From NCBI RefSeq assembly GCF_000281045.1, contig NW_008246114.1:108406-172405 (forward strand): a stretch of DNA of 64,000 nucleotides, read 5' to 3'. This stretch comes from Saprolegnia diclina VS20 (taxonomy: Eukaryota). Below the pieces are notes generated by a model, which was given only the letters and a program-made list of their open reading frames with translations, did not search any database and was not told where the DNA came from. Of the stretch, positions 60,135 through 64,000 are shown piece by piece; positions within the stretch are counted from its first letter, which is position 1, and the number at the start of each line of letters is the position of its first letter. A program made the position numbers and the translations under genes.

Positions 60135-61130
60135 CTAGCGGTGCCCAAACGGCCAGAGACCAGTCTTGCTCTTCTTTAGCCGTCGTCGTCGTTGGTCAGG
60201 GATGTCGTCCGTGAGCTCTTCTGGCGTCTCGGCGATGGATGGTAGTGGCGGCGGTACTGCGAGGATGGCCGACATTGGCATGGAGTCCTCACAGGACCAC
60301 CGCTCTTCGTCGTCGTTGGGAGGATCCGACTCGATCATGATGGGTGTGTCGTCGATGCCACCGCAGCGTGGACATTCGAACAGGCGGCTTGAGACCGCGC
60401 GGTGCCACTTGTCTAAAGCCCTTGCCGCGTCCATTGTCACAACCTCGACCGTCACGTTCGCTGCGTTGAGCTCCAGCTGCAAATTTCGGATGACTTCATC
60501 CGCTGCAGCCGACTTGTGGAGCGACGCGAGAGCTTGGTGTGCCAAGTTCTGAACGGATGTATCAAGAGATGCTTGTGTGGTGGCCTGCAGAGCGATCGAG
60601 GCGTCGAGTTGGTCGCGTAAAGTCGCGACCTGCTGGTTGGATTCGGCCAAAGAGGCTTGGGTTGCAGCGAGCTGGCGCGTGTGCTCGGCTCGAAGCGCGT
60701 CGATCGCGCGAAGATGGTCGGCGGCCATTGTATCCCGCTCGTGCTGCAGAGCACGAATCGTGGTCTCGGCTGCTGCTGTTGCGGCGCTGGAGGCGTCGAG
60801 TTGGCGCTGCAGTGTCGCTGCGGTGGCGGTGGATGCGTCCAGAGACGCCTGCATCGCGTCCACGTGGCGTTGTTGTGTGTCTTCAAGGAGCTCCATGACG
60901 GTGGCAGCGTCGAGCTGTGGGAGCTCGATCCCAGCCTCAAGTGGCTCTGGCTCGTCGAGATCGGTGTCGAGAAGATCGTGTTGCTGTTCGTCAGCGATCA
61001 AAGGCATGGTAGTTGTCGTCGGTGCGTCGTCAGTGGCATCTGTCGGCGTGGACGTGGCGTTGGAGTAGATCATGTAGGCCAGCCCGGCGGTCAAGACCGC
61101 CATCGTAGCGCGCCCAAAGTAAGCAGTCAT
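60135..61130 (-). CDS. Hypothetical protein: N-terminal TM, Ala/Gln coiled coil, CxxC near the C-terminus
   Basis: 331-aa intronless ORF with a hydrophobic AVLTAGLAYMIY segment, repeated QLDAS heptads and FECPRCGG. Confidence 0.65.
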   Translation of the reverse strand: MTAYFGRATMAVLTAGLAYMIYSNATSTPTDATDDAPTTTTMPLIADEQQHDLLDTDLDEPEPLEAGIELPQLDAATVMELLEDTQQRHVDAMQASLDASTATAATLQRQLDASSAATAAAETTIRALQHERDTMAADHLRAIDALRAEHTRQLAATQASLAESNQQVATLRDQLDASIALQATTQASLDTSVQNLAHQALASLHKSAAADEVIRNLQLELNAANVTVEVVTMDAARALDKWHRAVSSRLFECPRCGGIDDTPIMIESDPPNDDEERWSCEDSMPMSAILAVPPPLPSIAETPEELTDDIPDQRRRRLKKSKTGLWPFGHR

Positions 61131-61763
61131 GTTCGTTGTCGTCGTCGATGAAATGGTTTATGGAGAGCTGACCATCGCATCTCGCAGCGTGTAAAGGATG
61201 GCAAGCGACCCTTTGTACGCGTAAAGGGTGCGAGTAAAAGTAAGTGGAGCTGGCTTCCACTTCAAGATCCAAGAAACTTGACCATGGCGGCCCCGCTATC
61301 AAAATAGTGTCATGCACACACTGTGTCGCCCAGAAAATATATGGTTCATCTGCAAGTGTGCTATCAATATCATCGTACGATCCCGCCGCTGCTTGTATTA
61401 CCAAGGGGTCCCTTGATTTTACTCTATTAGGAGACCAAGTATGAAGCGCCAACGTGGTATTCCGACTGGTATTCGGGCTTGGGTCGACATCCAAGATCGC
61501 AATTCCACCAATGACACGGCAGCCTGGACACATCCCTCACTATAAAAGCATCCTAAAACACCGATGAACTCTTGCACTCATCAAGATGACGTGACTACTC
61601 TTGATATATCGATGTATGGTATTGTCCATTGGGTGATGGAATACATTGTCGTCAGCGCTTGCGATCACGAACGTGGGTTGCGTGCGTCTAGTCAAACCTC
61701 TCAAATATGATATCCGTATCGAGTATAAGAGACGCATGCTTGCAGTGTGCAAATCCAAGAAGC

Positions 61764-63281
61764 ATGAGCTCGCGCCCAGACGGCTGGAAGCACCTTGGCC
61801 GGTCGGCGAACGAGGGCCAGGAGCGCCGGCGGCAAGACGCGATCGCCCGGCAGCGCCAGGCCCGGCGGGACCTCACCATGCATGTCCGCGAGATGGCGAT
61901 CCCGAGCGTTGGGGCCGACCTCGAGGACATCACGGCGGGCTTGGACATGGACATCGAGGTGTCGTCGGCCAAGAGCCGCAAGAAGACGCGCGAGGACCGC
62001 GTGAAGGGCCGACGATCGATCTATAGCAACCAGCTCATGCACCCTGAGTGGATGGTGGACATTCCGAATGCGCTCAATGGCACGCACGCTGGCAACGGCG
62101 AAGGCTGGCTCGTCTTGCCGCGCCCGGACGGCAAGCGCTGCCTCGTGATCGCAGCCAAGTAGGCCATGGTTCACATACCTATCGTCGTCTTACAATCTGG
62201 CCTGTAGTGGCACGACCATTGCGCGGACGCACAGCGGAAGCGTACTCAAGAAGTTTCCGTCGGCGTTGCCCAGCGGTATGGCTCTGCCTCTACTTGTAGC
62301 TCATGTGCATTAGGCTCGCGCAAGACGAAATATGGCGCCGACCAGTATTGCGTTCTCGACTGCATCTTCAACGACGTCGACGGAACCTTTTACATTCTCG
62401 ACGTCATGTGCTGGAAGGTAGCTACCTGTCGACCAAGGCGCCAAGCGCTCACGTCGATCGTAGGGCTACCTCTTGTACGACTGCACGGCCGAGTTTCGTT
62501 TCTACTGGCTTCAAGACAAACTCTCCGAGACGTCGGCGGTGAGTATCTCGTCGGCCAATCCATTCGCTTTTCAGGTATCCAGTCTTTCACTATCCAGTCG
62601 CTTGCACTATCCAAAATTTGCTCATTCGCTTCATAGCCGATTCCGTATTTTGACTGCACGCCCGAGGGACTCTCAACTGCGTACCACGGCGCTTTCTCGT
62701 TCTCCAAGTACGCTCTCCACTCTGTCGCCACGGCTATACATGAGCGGTAGGGACGGTCTTCTCTTCTACTGCAAAGCCGGTGTCTACACGCTCGGGCTCT
62801 CGCCGCTCGTGCTGCTCTGGAAGGACGCTACCACGAGTCCATACCCGAGCCAGCTCACGATTGTACTCACGGTCACCGAGACGTTTGCATGTGAAACGAT
62901 CGAAGGACATGTGCTCACGACGCTGTCCCCCGAGACCATGACGGGTCATGAGGTACGCGTGCAAATACTTGCCAAGAACAGAGTTTCGATAGCGATGCGT
63001 AGATTGTGGCGGGCGACCTCGTGCGGTGCTCGATCGAGTCGCTGGCATGGACGATTGCGGATGACAGCACCGTGGTGGTTGATGCGACTGGCGTTCATTT
63101 TCAGAAACGCTGTTCGGCCCAGCGCGGGATCGCCGACAGCTGGACCAAGATTGCCCACATTCTCAGCACCACGTGCTCGATTCACAACCTCTTGGAGGTG
63201 CCAATTCCCATATTCGTCACGGCATTTAGATACATTCTGTGCTAGGCGACGGCCGATGTCGCCATGGACATGGAAGGCTGA
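61764..63281 (+). CDS. SNUPN: Snurportin-1 (m3G-cap snRNP import adaptor), about 8 exons
   Basis: IBB-like QERRRQDAIARQRQARRD; YSNQLMHPEWMVDIP; WLVLPRPDGKRCLVIA; FPSALPSG; CVLDCIF..FYILDVMCWK|GYLLYDCTAEFRFYWL; DGLLFY..YTLGLSPLVLLWKD. Confidence 0.93.
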
Positions 63282-64000
63282 GTGCTGTACTTTTGAGTCG
63301 ACTCTTGCGGCACCTGCCATTGGCATGTGAACGAGTGACGCGCCAGGGTAGTGTGTCGTATCCTCCTCGTCGATATACAACCCACCTCGTCATTTGCTTG
63401 AAACACGTGTCCGTTGAGCTCGTAGCCACTGAGATCTGAGTGAGCCAGAGCGTCCGGGCATCAAAGGCTGCGCATCGCAAAGGGCAAAGTGGGCTAGCTG
63501 CATCGATCACCACACATTCCCCACATGTGAGAAACGGTTTCACGTGTGCTTTTCACGTGCGAAATCACGATTGCAAAATGGGGATCGGCCAACACACGCG
63601 GGCCAAGCGAGGTGGGTTCCAACTCACTGAAGCTATAAAGGACAACATATTCCACGCGCGGCAGCGCTTCGATTAGTGTAGTTAAAGCTCCAACGGCGAC
63701 GTCGGTTATGTCGGCGATAACGATATCGATGATGACGTGGTCCACACAAGATACTTTTTTACATACCGAGTACCGTGCACTATAGTATACACGGGTGTGG
63801 GGACTGAAAATAAATCTGGAAAACTACAGCCAGCAGTGCATTGAAGTTGATGGCTATCGAATGCAGTCGATCTTCGTACTAATCGCTACTACGCTACACT
63901 GCGACGTCCACCGTCCAGCACAAAGGATCCAGCTCCGAGCATCGGTCCTACACGTCGACCAATCCAACCATGTCCCGGCGCAGCGATTGTTGGCCTATCC

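Noticed and set aside
63494..63745. 83-aa minus-strand ORF
   Set aside because: Possibly an exon or relic of a gene beyond the window edge; insufficient evidence.

Overview
Eukaryotic, GC-rich, intron-containing DNA. It most likely comes from an oomycete of the Saprolegniales (inferred from 40-60 bp GT-AG introns, a FYVE-GAF protein, a GH6 cellulase, an RGS-kinase and Inr/FPR-like promoter motifs). About 22 probable protein genes can be supported. They include annexin, IQCG/DRC9, a GRK-like kinase, a PX protein, a DUF676 lipase, a beta-lactamase-family hydrolase, SPRTN, NOB1, three type-I membrane proteins, two divergent SPFH paralogues, FYVE-GAF, GH6 and snurportin-1. There is also one tRNA-Gly(GCC), several decayed gene fragments, short duplications and a 100-N gap at 45102-45201. 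The most notable items are: (1) a head-to-head SPFH/Band-7 paralogue pair with mirrored promoter motifs, a candidate heteromeric HflK/C-like cage; (2) NOB1 with two CCCH zinc fingers inserted in its PIN domain; (3) a protein made of four copies of an unnamed ~80-aa helical domain with a conserved intron position; (4) a tandem pair of an unknown CxCC-H-C family; (5) two abutting near-perfect palindromes upstream of GH6; (6) a candidate divergent Dsn1. All calls come from reading the sequence without database searches, and exon boundaries are approximate.
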